Shown in pieces: positions 1-11,563 of a stretch of 64,000 bases of DNA. Within the stretch, counting starts at the first letter, position 1. Each line of letters opens with the position of its first letter. The DNA is from Protoeuglena noctilucae (taxonomy: Eukaryota), in the NCBI GenBank assembly GCA_958009085.1, contig OY253682.1:62001-126000 (forward strand), read 5' to 3'. The notes under the pieces were generated by a model. It was not told the DNA's origin. It made no database searches and saw only the letters and a program-made list of their open reading frames with translations. The translations under genes were made by a program, and so were the position numbers.

Positions 1-98
1 GGCCTGCTGGGCGCCTATCCCGCCTGCAGCCCTTCGCTTTCCCCCCGGCCGCGACGCATCCCCGCCCGCTGAACCCCTCGCTTTCGCGGCTCTCGCAG

Positions 99-739
99 GG
101 CGCGCTGGCCGAGAGGTTCGCCGCGTCGGAGGCCTCGTCGTCAGAGGCGGCCTACTACCTCAAGAGCAGTCGGTCCCTGGCGGGCCGCGCCTCTGCGGCC
201 TCGGGGATCCATGCTTTCAACGGCGCTCGATGCGCGGCGTGGGGCGCAGGCGAGCCGGGCGAGCGCGGGGACGCCAGCCCAGGGGCGGGCCCTGGCCTGC
301 GTCCTGCGGCCCTCCCCGCGGCGCAGCGGGACCCGGGGGGCCCCTCCGCCCGCGCCACCGGCCCACTCGCATCTCCGCGGCTCTTCCCGCAGCCCCGGTC
401 CCCGGCGCGTCCCGCCGCGTGTCGGTCGCAGCACTGCAGGCGTCGGACGCGTTCGAGCCCCGCCACAACTCCAACTCCCGCGACCGGGAGATGAAGGCGA
501 TGCTCGAGACGGTGGGCTTCCCTACCCTGGACGCGCTGGTGGAGGCGACGGTGCCCAAGGACATCGTGCGCCCGGCCCTGCAGCTGCCCTTCGCGGACCA
601 GCCCATGACCGAGACGCAGTTCCTGTCCCACATGGGCCAGCTGGCGTCGAAGAACGTGGTGAACAAGTCCTTCATCGGCATGGGCTACCACGGCACCCAC
701 ACGCCCACCGTCATCTTGCGCAACCTGCTGGAGAACCCC

Positions 740-780
<41 letters not shown>

Positions 781-3645
781 CCAGGGCCGCCTCGAGTCCC
801 TCCTCAACTTCCAGACCATGGTGGTCGACCTCACCGGCATGCCCATGTGCAACGCGTCGCTCCTCGACGAGGCCACGGGTGAGGATGGGGGGCGGTGGTG
901 GGGTGACACATCACACTGCAACACCTGCGTTGCGACCGAGGGTGCGCCAGATGCACCACACCTCATTCCCGCTTTCGCTGCGACTGATAGGCTGCCGTGG
1001 TGATCCATCGCCCTCGCTCCCACCCCGCCTTTCCCAGCCGCACCATATCATCGCCCACGCCCCGCCCCGCCCCCGCAGCCTGTGCTGAGGCCATGACCAT
1101 GTGCTCCGCGATCGCGCGCGGCAAGAAGCCCAAGTTCTACATCTCCGAGCTGTGTCACCCCCAGAACATCGCCGTGTGCCAGTCCCGTGCCGATGGGCTG
1201 GGCCTGGAGGTCGTGGTGGGTGATCACCGCAAATTCGACTACAAGGCCCCCGACGTGTGCGGCGTGCTGCTGCAGTACCCGGCGACGAACGGGACGCTCG
1301 AGGACTACAAGGAGGTCGTCAGGTGAGAGGGGAGACGTGCGGGGGGTCGCTATGAGGGGCGTGGCACAAGGGGCGTGGCGTGAGGGTGCCGTGCTGGGAC
1401 TGTTGCGGGACGGCTTGCACAGCGAGAGACGCCCCGGCTTGCTTCGTCTCTCCGCAGGGCTGCGCAGGTCAGCAAGATCAAGGTGTGCGTGGCGACGGAC
1501 ATCCTCTCGCTGGTGCGCCTGGAGCCACCGGCGTCGTGGGGCGCAGACATGGTGGTGGGGTCGACGCAGCGGTTCGGGGTGCCGATGGGGTACGGCGGCC
1601 CGCACGCGGCCTTCTTAGCGACGTCCGAGGAGTACAAGCGCCTGATGCCCGGCCGCATCATTGGCGTCTCCCGGGACGCCGACGGCGACGTGTGCCTGCG
1701 CATGGCGATGCAGACGCGCGAGCAGCACATCCGCCGAGACAAGGCCACGTCCAACATCTGCACGGCGCAGGCGCTGCTGGCCAACGTGGCGGCCATGTAC
1801 GCCGTCTACCACGGCCCGGAGGGGCTGGGGCGCATCGCCGACCGCGTGCATGGCCTTGCGGCGGTGTTTGCGGCGGGGGCGGACAAGATGGGCCACGCGC
1901 CCGTCTCCCGCCACTTCTTCGACACGGTGACGGTGGCGGTGCCGGACGCGGACGCCGTGGTGGCTGCCGGGCACAAGCTGGGGGTGAACCTGCGTCGGCT
2001 GGACGCCCGCCACGTGTCGGCCGCGTTTGACGAGACGCACGAGCTGGCGGACGTGGACACGCTGCTGCGCGCCCTGGGCCTCGGCAAGGCGCCGGCCTTC
2101 TCGGCGGCGTCGCTGGCCCCCGGGGTGGACGCGGCGGCCAGCATCGGCGCCCACGCCAGGCGCGGCCAGGTGCTGCAGCTGGACGTCTTCAACAAGTACC
2201 ACACGGAGCACGAGATGCTGCGGTACCTGAAGAAGCTGGAGAACAAGGACCTGTCGATGGTCCACTCCATGATCCCCCTCGGGTCCTGCACCATGAAGCT
2301 CAACTCCACCACCGAGATGATCCCGGTCACGTGGCCCCAGATGGCCAACCTCCACCCCTTCGCGCCGCCCAGCCAGGCGCTGGGGTACCAGGAGATGATG
2401 CGCAACCTCGCCGCGCAGCTCTGCGCCGTCACGGGTGAGTAAAGGGGGAGCAGGGGGTGACGTGGTGGATGCGAGTGGAGTGTGCAGGTAGCAACATTGC
2501 TGCGGCTGTGGGCGCCCACCGCTGCCTTTTTCGCCTTTCACACTGCGACAACTGCCCGGCACCCCGCCCTCTGCTGCCCCACCCACTGCTGTCCCACTGC
2601 GCCCCTCACTCTGTGACATTTGCCTGGCTTCCCTGCCCGCCCCCCGCAGGCTTCGACGCCATGTCCCTGCAGCCCAACTCGGGCGCGAGCGGCGAGTACG
2701 CGGGCCTGATGGCGATCCGCGCGTACCACAAGAGCCGCGGCCAGGGCCACCGCAACGTGTGCATCATCCCGACCTCGGCACACGGCACGAACCCCGCGTC
2801 GGCGGCCATGGTGGGCTACAAGATCGTGGCGGTGGGCACGGATAAGAACGGCAACATCAACTTCGAGGAGCTCAAGGCCCGCGCCGAGGAGCACAAGGAC
2901 CACCTGGCCGCGCTCATGGTGACGTATCCCTCGACGTTCGGGGTGTACGAGGAGGGCGTGGACCGCATCTGCAAGGTCATCCACGACAACGGGGGCCAGG
3001 TGTACATGGACGGGGCCAACATGAACGCCCAGGTGGGCCTCACGTCCCCCGGGCACATCGGGGCGGACGTGTGCCACCTCAACCTCCACAAGACCTTCTG
3101 CATCCCCCACGGGGGCGGCGGGCCCGGCATGGGGCCCATTGGCGTCAAGGCGCACCTCGCGCCCTTCCTCCCCACGCACCCGGTCATTCCCACGGGCGCC
3201 CTGCCGTCTCCTCCCAAGGAGGCCCACCCGTTCGGTACCATGGCCGCCGCCCCCTTTGGCAGCTCCATGATCCTCCCCATCTCCTACGCCTACATCTGCA
3301 TGATGGGGTCCCGCGGGCTCACCAACGGTGAGGAGGGATGCGCTGTGACAACGCAGCAGCGGGTGGGACGACGTGCCACGCATGCGCCTGCCCATCGCTG
3401 CTGCTCGTTTGCGCTAACCCTAACGGTGCATCCCTGCTCACATCTGCTCACTGCCGCTGACCCCACCTCACCCCGTCCCACTTGCAGCGTCCAAGCAGGC
3501 GATCCTGAACGCCAACTACCTCATGCACCGCCTGGCGCCCCACTACAAGGTGCTCTTCACGGGCCGCAGCGGCACGTGCGCGCACGAGTTCATCATAAAC
3601 ATCGACGAGTTCGAGGGCGTGTCCGCGGAGGACGTGGCCAAGCGA

Positions 3646-3678
<33 letters not shown>

Positions 3679-4062
3679 TCGTGGCCCGTCCCGGGCACGC
3701 TCATGATCGAGCCGACCGAGAGCGAGTCCAAGGCGGAGCTGGACCGGTTCGCGGAGGCCATGATCAGCATCCGCCACGAGATCCAGGAGGTGCTGGACGG
3801 CAAGTACCCCAAGGACAACAACCCCCTCCACAATGCGCCCCACACCGCCAAGGCCGTCCTTTCGGTTGACTGGGACCAGCGCTACCCCTACTCGCGCGAG
3901 AAGGCCGCCTTCCCGGCGCCCTACGTCCGCGAGACGGGCAAGTTCTGGCCCACGGCGCGCCGCGTGGACAACGTGTTTGGGGACCGCCACCTTATCACCA
4001 AGCTCCAGGACATCGGGACCATCGAGGGTGCCCAGGCCATGGTGGCTGCGGTGGGGGAGTGA
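99..4062 (+). CDS. GLDC: Glycine dehydrogenase (decarboxylating), glycine cleavage P protein, mitochondrial; 5'-partial, multi-exon (99-249, 393-878, 1079-1322, 1458-2434, 2650-3327, 3488-4062)
   Basis: Spliced exons give GcvP motifs: [82 protein letters not shown] (PLP lysine), [25 protein letters not shown]. Exon 99-249 follows an acceptor, so the start lies upstream of the window. Confidence 0.97.
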
Positions 4063-4425
4063 AGGGGGGTGACAAGGGGTCACGCGACGGCTCTGGGAGC
4101 GCCGCGGGTGCCGCTTGGGTCGGCATGCCGCGGAGGGGCGGGGGCAGTGCGTGGCGCGGCCCACGCCCGGCCATGACCGGGGTCGCGCGGGGTGGGTAGC
4201 GAGGCAGCTAGCAGCGGGGGGGCGGGAGGGGTCGCAGCAGGAATTCCCCTGCGCGCGGCCCTCGCGCCTGAGAGTCTCGGATTGAACGAATGATTCGGAT
4301 CGATGCGGGTCACGCCACGCCATGCTGCCTGCCACTGCTAGCCACGCTGCACTGCCTGCCAAAGGATGGGCCTCGCTCCCGTGGCACCCCACTATGTGTC
4401 ACACCCAGCATGGTCATTAGGGGGC

Positions 4426-5497
4426 CTAGAGCACCTCAAGAAGCTCGACGACGAGCTCGCAGCTGCTGCTAGCCGGGATCTCCATCATGCCCTGCGCGAC
4501 AGTGTGAAGAGACGATGCGGGTATGCAACAGAGGTGTGTCGAGCAATGCGTCACAGCATCGCAACACCAGCAGCCACTCGCCTTGGGGTAGGACAGCTCA
4601 GGTGGCACAAGCACGGCGCGCTTGCCCCCCTTCCGCATGCCCACCACAGCCGTGGACAAGGCAGGGGGCGGCGTGGGGCCCGATCCACCCGAGTACAGCT
4701 GATTCCCGGAACTCTCGGTCCCCGCGGACCTCGCCTGGGGGCAAGGGAAGGTGAGGGAGGTGGGTGCGTGTGGCCACGCGGTGACCAGCCTGGCGTCCCT
4801 GGTCACGCCATCAGAGACATGCCACATACTGTTAAAAGGTAGCTCTACGCAGGAGTCAAACACAAGCGGCGGGTCGCACCACCGCCGCCCCGCACCTTCC
4901 TCCCTGAGACCGATTCCCCGACCACGAACTCGAAGGGCTCAGCGACCGTGCGGTTGCCGCCCAGGGTGCGGGCCTGCCGGCTGGAGACCACCGTGATGCC
5001 CCGGAATGTCACATCGAAGTGCACGACCACCCGCGCGCCCGCCTCGACCGCGTCGCCACGGCCCTCCGCCAGCTCGTAGACCCGGAGCCCCTGGTCGCCG
5101 AGAGGCGTGAAATCCGCCGGATCAATCTTCCTCTTCTTCAGCTCCTTCGAGAACCTGAAGCAGCCGCAGATTCCGGATCGTATCGCAATCACCCTAGATG
5201 ATGCCATGCGGTCCACCGGGTCAGCATGCAGGCAGCTCCCCCCGCGCAGGGCACGAGGGCTGCGGTGGCAGGCAGCGCGGGATAAACTCACCCCACCGCG
5301 TCAGCTGCGGGAACACTGGCAAGAATGCCCAAGGCTGTCCCTCCCAGCAGCGCACCCCGGCGATTGACAGGAGCGGGCGCGTCCGGGCGCGCGAGGAGGG
5401 ATTGAGGACCAGGCCCCGCAGCACCGCGCTCTTGCTTGTGAGACCTGCAGATCGCAGTCCCTCTCACGGACGAGCGCCCCGTTAACAAAGCGGACAT
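4426..5497 (-). CDS. FKBP18: FKBP-type peptidyl-prolyl isomerase, thylakoid-lumen FKBP18-like; multi-exon
   Basis: GLRVYELAEGRGDAVEAGARVVVHFD, RTLGGNRTVAEPFEFVVG, GMRKGGKRAVLVPPELSYPK/GMMEIPASSSCELVVELLEV. The N-terminal region has a twin-Arg NRRGALLGG Tat-like signal. Start inferred at ATG 5497. Confidence 0.85.
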
Positions 5498-5911
5498 GCT
5501 CGCTGCTGACTCCCTCCTTGCCAATTGGCGCCGCTTTCGTTCTCTGATGTATGTTGTCGTATCGTCAACCTGGATAGCATCTAGTTCGCGCAGAAGGCGA
5601 TGGTTTCTGCTTACGGCTGGTCGGGCAAACCTTGTCTGACGACCGGCATGCCATCCCTGGCCGCGACCGCCGATGCTTGCCACTGCATGTCGTGATTGAC
5701 AACATTTCGTCCCGTGCCGTTGTGCGAAGGCCGGGGAAACCTTGTTCACTTTTTATCCGTCTGCGCACACGTCGCGACAGGCTTGGCGAGGCATTTTGCG
5801 TAGTTAACAGGGAGTTCGCATTCCTCGTGGGCGCGGGGCTATCTGCTTGGCGTCGGGGGGTGGGCATCGCCCCCACGATGGGCGTGTGAGGTCGCAGGCG
5901 CCACGGAAACG

Positions 5912-8691
5912 ATGGCGCGCGGCCGCGCACACGATCTGAGGGCGGGTGGATCCCGCAGGACGATGGAGACTTTCTTACAGAGTTCCCGCACGCGAGCTGC
6001 CGTGTCGTTGCGGCGCCGCGTCGTCCTCGCGGGCCCCGTGCAGCTCTGTGGCGGTGGGTCCTGCGCCTCCCGCGGCGGCTGCGCGGGCCAGCCGGCGCTC
6101 CTGCTGGGCGCACGCGCCGCCGCATCCGCGACGTTTGTGGCGCGGAGCTCGTCCGTGCGACTCGCTTCCGTCTCCGCGGAGGGCGGGGGGGCAGATGCGC
6201 GGCTGGATGGTCACGACAACCTGCTGAGCGCGATGGAGCGGGACCTCCTGTCCAACCGGTTCGTCGACGCTGCCAAGAAGGCTCTCTTTGCTCTAAAGGC
6301 AGGCACGGACGTCGAGGACGAGCGCGCCAAGCAAATCCTCAAAGGCACGGATGCCGCTTTGCAATGCCGCCCCTGCTCCGCCCGCTCTCGAAGGCCGGCC
6401 CTTCCACGGCGCGCCCGCTCGTTCTTCCGCAGGTCTCGTGGTGTCTGGCAAGTACGGCATGGCGGTGCGCTTCTTCGAGACGCACGCGGGGGAGACGAGC
6501 CGCCTGGGCTACTCGTCCGCGCATTTCGCCGTGGTGGCCTACGCCAACCTCGGCAGGGTCGGGGAGGTGTTTAAGACGATCGAGGACATGCGGGAAAAGG
6601 CAAGGCTTTGGCGCTGGGCCGGGTTACCGCGCCGCCCAGCCCGTCGCAAGCGCGGTAGCCGTCTCAGATGCACGTCTCAGAGTCTGCCCGGCCTCTGTTC
6701 TCCGCAGGGAATGCGGCCCAACCGTGCCACGCTCACATCCGCGATAACTGCGCTGTACAAATGCTCCAAGCAGCGGAGGGGCCTGGCAGCCGCACACGCT
6801 GCATACAGGTGCGCACCGTTGGACACCATGCCGCTGCGCCTCTGCACTCGCCGTCTTCGGCATCGGCGTCACCGCCTGTCGGTTCTTGTTGCAGGCTGTG
6901 GTCTGAGGTCCAGGCTCTCGAGGAGGGTCTGGACGAGGGGGCGGCGAGGGCGGGGCTGCTAGCGTGCGTGGCCACGGGGCGGATGGACGAGGCGTCAAGC
7001 CTGGCGGAGCGGTGGTGCCGAGAGCGACCCGAGTGGCAGTCGGCGCGGACGCTCAACCCAGTGGCGCAGGCGCTGGCGAGGGGCGGCGGAGGGGCGGGGG
7101 CGCGGCGCGCGCTGGCGTGGATGCGGGGGTGCGGGGTGGAGCCGGACGATGCGACGTGGAACGCGCTGGTCGACGCGGCGGTGGACGGGGGCGGCTCCGG
7201 GGCGGCGGAGGAGGTGCTGGGGATGGCGGAGGCTGCGGGGGCGCGCGTGGGGGTCTGGGGCTGGAACGCTTTGGTGAAGGTGAGGATGGCAGCGGGCGCC
7301 GCGTGGCTGCAAAGACGCCGGCGAGCCGCGTGCGAGGGGCGTCTCCGCGCGGGCGCAGGGCCTGGCAAGCGAGGGGCGTCTGGGAGAGGCCCAGGGTGTG
7401 TTGGATCGGATGTGGGTGGCAGGAGCGGAGCCCAACCACGTGACATACGGCATCCTAATGGCGGCGGCAGCAAAGGGCGGGGGCGCGGGGCAGTGTCGGG
7501 AGATCTTCGAGGACGCGGCGGCCAGGGGTGTCAGGCGAGGGGTGGCGGTCTCGGGGTGGGTGCGAATGGGCCCCTGCATGCACGTCCTTCCCCTTCACAC
7601 GAAATGTCTTCCTCCCTCCCCCGCAGTTTCGGGGCTCCCGAGTGGAACGCGTTGATCGCGGCGCAGGCCAGGGAGGCGGGCCCGGGCGTGGACGACGCGT
7701 TCCGGACGCTGGGTCGCATGGTGCACGCGGGGGTGCAGCCGACGGCTGTGACGTACAACACCCTGATGGCCGCGTGCGCGAGGGAGGGGGACCACGCGAG
7801 TGTCGTGCATCTCTTTTCGACCATGGAGGAGGCGGGGATACAGGCAAGTGTTGGGTTGTGGTGTGTTGCGCACATGTGCTCGCTGTGCATGTGCTCGCTG
7901 GCTGGGAACACCAGGCCGGCACGAGACCCTGCCAACGCGCCAGCCTGACCCTCTCTTGCTGCTTCCGCGACAATCTGGCCTTCCTGCGTCAATGGGGCTT
8001 CGTCCAAGGTCCTGCCGGCCCCCAACAGAGCCTTTCCACCGACTCCCCGCTCCCGCAGCCGGACGCCGCGTCCTATGCGTCCCTTATGCGCGCCCACGCC
8101 GGCGCCGGCGACATGGCGGCGGCAGAGGGGGCCCTGGCGCGGCTGAAGGCGAGCCCGGGGGCAGCGTTGGATGCAGTCCCGCTCTGCGTGCTCATCGACG
8201 GGTACGCGTCCCGGCGGGGGGACCTGGGCCGAGCGGAGGCGGCGCTGGAAGAGCTGCTGTCCCTGCACAAGCGGGGGCGACTGGCCGGACCCGGGCCCGA
8301 GTCTTGGGGGCCGAAGGCGTTTGGGGCGCTGATGAAGGGGTACCGGCGGGAGCGGGACCTGGAGGGCGCGCTCAGCGTGGTGCAGCGGATGGTCGGGCTG
8401 GGCCTGGAGCCCGACATGAGGGCGCTGGACGGGCTGGTGGACCTCTGCATCCTCACGGGGAACTGGCGCAAGGCGGCGGGCGTGGTGCGGGCCATGGAGG
8501 CCGCGGGGCACCTGACGCCGGCGCAGGAGCAGCGGTGTCGGGAGCTACTGGGGCGCCTGGAGCGGGGGGAGCGCGAGGTGCGCGACGTCCTGTACCGGCG
8601 CGGCCGGCCCATGGCGGGGCTCGAGGTGGAGCGGGCCAAGTTCTGGCTCGGCCTGCCCAACCGGTACTACTCGGACACGGGGTGGCCCTGA
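5912..8691 (+). CDS. Pentatricopeptide repeat (PPR) protein, probably organelle-targeted; multi-exon, start at 5912 or 5963
   Basis: Repeated PPR motifs: GMRPNRATLTSAITALYK, GVEPDDATWNALVDA, GAEPNHVTYGILM, GVQPTAVTYNTLMAACAREGD, PDAASYASLMRAHAGAGD, GLEPDMRALDGLVD. C-terminal ERAKFWLGLPNRYY. Confidence 0.9.
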
Positions 8692-9297
8692 CGCGCTGGG
8701 ATGGCATATATCGCGCGTGCTGGTCTCGCGGGCGCCCTTTGAACGGGGTTGGAAACTTGCCAGACATCGCCAGACACGACACGATGCGTGATCCGATCCG
8801 CATGTTCCGCAGTCTGTGCATCTGCATTGTGCGTCTTTTATCGCATCGACGGTCGGAAGGGGCGCCCCGTCGTTGCCCGGCGCCCTAGGCATCCCGACCC
8901 GCGCAATCCGGGCGCCCTTCGGCGCAGCGGCCCCGCTCGTGTGGACGACGTAAATTAGTTATGGACATGTGAGTCCCCTGACGTCTTCCATGCCTCCCTC
9001 TCGTCCCGGCGAGGGGATGTGGGGCACAAGGGGAACAAGGGGCCATTCTGCGACATATTCTCGCTCGATTGTCCTGACAAGGAGTCTGGACTGGTATTGC
9101 ATCCAGCGGCGTGCGTCGCACATCATTGTGACGCCCCTCCGGGTCGCTCGGCCCTGCGCCGGGCGTGCGTCCCCGTCCACCCTCCCGGGGCCAGCTGGCG
9201 CGATCCGGGACGGACGAGACAACAGTTTCTTGTATTGTTTATTTTCCAGTTGCTCACATCGAGATTATCCACCAATATACCCCGATTTCGCGACGCC

Positions 9298-11194
9298 ATG
9301 GGCCTCGGGGGCGATGCGCGCGGGTTAGGGCGCCCAGCGTCGCGCGTGGCGCCTTTTCCTTCCCCCTGGGGCATCCCGTGCATGTACAATATTCCCAACG
9401 ATATGCACATCGCTCCCGGGCCCTGCGAGCCCCGGCCCCCGCGACGCTCCCACGGCAACCTGATCCGCCCCCGCCCGCGACCGCGGGACGCCTCCCGGGC
9501 CCGCCTTTCCCCTTGCAGGAAGAGCAAGCGCATCAGCAAGCGGCAGGATGCCCGCGCGTCGTCCAGCCCGGTGTTCAGCGCCGAGTGGAGCCCGGAAGAG
9601 CAGCGCAGGCTCGAGGACGCCCTCGCGCGCTTCCCCGCGGACTCCTACTCGTCGCTGGAGCGATACGTGCGCGCCGCGGCGGAGCTAAAGGAGAAGAGCG
9701 TGCGCGACGTGGCCATGCGCGTCCGGTGGATGCAGCGCAAGGTGGGGCTAGCCAGGGCACTAGTTGCACCGCACCGCAGCAGGCCCGCCCCGCGCTTTGA
9801 CCCCGCCCCGGCCCCCGCGATCCCGCAGGACGCCGCCAACGCGCTCGCCGGCGGCGCGGCGGCGCGCAAGCGCAGGGAAGCGCCCGCTCCGGGCCCCGCC
9901 GGGCCCGTGCCACCACGCCCAGCACGCAAGGAGGCCCGTCCGAGCATCTTCGCCGTGCCTCCGCCCCGGGACCTGCCGGCCGCCGCGGGGTCGTCTCGTG
10001 GCCCCGCTCCCGTGCCCGTCCCGCCTGGCAGCCACGCGCACATGCGCCCACCCCCCAGGTGCGGCCTTCATCTGCATCAACATGCAGGATGGTCAGCAAC
10101 GCGCGTGCCTATCTCCATTTCCCACGTTGATCTCCCTCCCTCCCCGCAGCATGCCCCTCCCGACGCCCTCGTCGCTGTCCATGTCGGCCCCAACGCGGCC
10201 CACGCACGCCCCTCACCCGCACCCGCACCCTCACCCTCACCCTCACCCGCACCCGCACCCTCACCCTCACCCCCCGATCCCCGCCGCCCTCCTGGCCATC
10301 CCCCACTTGGACAGCTCCGAGGGCAAGCCGGGCATCGACGGCCCCATCGCTGCTCTCCTGGGCGCCAACGCCTCCCTCACCACCACCATCAAGACCAACC
10401 TCATCTCCCACCGTCTGGCCGAGAACCTCGAGCTCCTCGCGCAGTTCCGAGACAACGTCATCGCCATCCTGAACCACATGAACAAGATGCCGGACGTGAT
10501 GGGGCAGATGCCGCCCCTGCCGGTCCGCCTCAACGTCGACCTCGCCAACAACGTCCTGCCCAACGGACTCGCGCCAGCGTGGGGGTCCACCCTGCGACCC
10601 GCCCCGGCGCCCCACGCGGGACTGGGGCCCTTGGGGGCGGGGCCAGGGGCAGCGGCGGGGCCCATGGCAGGGCCGGCATCGACACCCCCCCGCTCCGGCC
10701 ACCTGCACGCGGCAGGCGCGGGGCCCATCGCGCGGAGTGCGGCGCCGGGGACGGCCCCACCGCCCGGAGCGCTCCCGGATGCCTCATCGCCGCGAGGGCC
10801 AGCAACGATGCAGGGGTGGGAGGCGGGGGCGGGGGTGCAGTCCCGGCCGGTGGGGCCTGGGGCAGCGGGGGTGGGGGGTGGGAGCCCGGGGCAGCCGGCG
10901 GCGTCGGGGGAGACGGGGGCTGGGTCGGGGCAGCGGGTGAAGTGGGAGGGGGGTGCTGCGGTAGGGGAAGTGGGGGCGGGGCAGGATGTGCGGGGAGGCG
11001 AGGGGGGGTCGGCAGGCGCAACTGGGGCTGCTGGGGGTGGAGGGGCAGGGGGGGGAGTGCAAAGCGCAGAGGGGGCCACGGGGGGCGGAGGGGGCGATGC
11101 GCCGAGTGGGGGTGGGGCGACGGGGAATGTCGCCGTGGGGTCGTTTGCGGGGGTAGCGGCGGGGCCCGGGCCAGCCGTGGTGGGCGGGGCATGA
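9298..11194 (+). CDS. Myb/SANT-like plus DUF3755 domain protein; multi-exon, start inferred
   Basis: WSPEEQRRLEDALARFP...AAAELKEKSVRDVAMRVRWM (Myb-like), and ENLELLAQFRDNVIAILNHMNKMPDVMGQMPPLPVRLN typical of plant DUF3755 proteins. ATG 9298 splices in frame via intron 9324-9518. Confidence 0.82.
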
Positions 11195-11457
11195 GTGGCC
11201 CGAGCGGCATTGTTAGTTAAAGCGTCGGAGCGTATTGTCCGGCGCGGCGGTCCCCAAGCCTCGCCCAGCGGGGGTCGCGTGGCTTGCGGGACAAGAGCAG
11301 AGGCGTATACTTGCGCCTAGCCTGGCCCCGGCATTTGGGTTCGTTGAGGATTTCATTGAAGTCCGCGGGGCGCATGGCAAAGAAATGGCCTAGAACAAGG
11401 CTGTGGGAATCTACGAATACCTAGTAGATATACCGATAGACAGGTCCGTGTGTCTCG

Positions 11458-11462
11458 TTACA
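11458..11462 (-). promoter_or_regulatory. Candidate TGTAA polyadenylation signal of the LRR/coiled-coil gene
   Basis: TTACA on the plus strand, about 100 nt past the stop at 11564. UGUAA is the known chlorophyte poly(A) signal. Confidence 0.5.
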
Positions 11463-11563
11463 ATTTGCACATACGTTGAGCATTGCATCTGAATACGAGA
11501 CGCGATCGAGCTAGCTTATGGACGAACGCAGCCCGACTAACATGCGTCGCCCACCCCGCCCTC

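Noticed and set aside
3414..3424. CTAACCCTAAC, and GGGTAAGGGTAAGGGT at about 23351, as interstitial telomere repeats
   Set aside because: Only two to three units inside introns; CTAAC also fits a branch-point motif.
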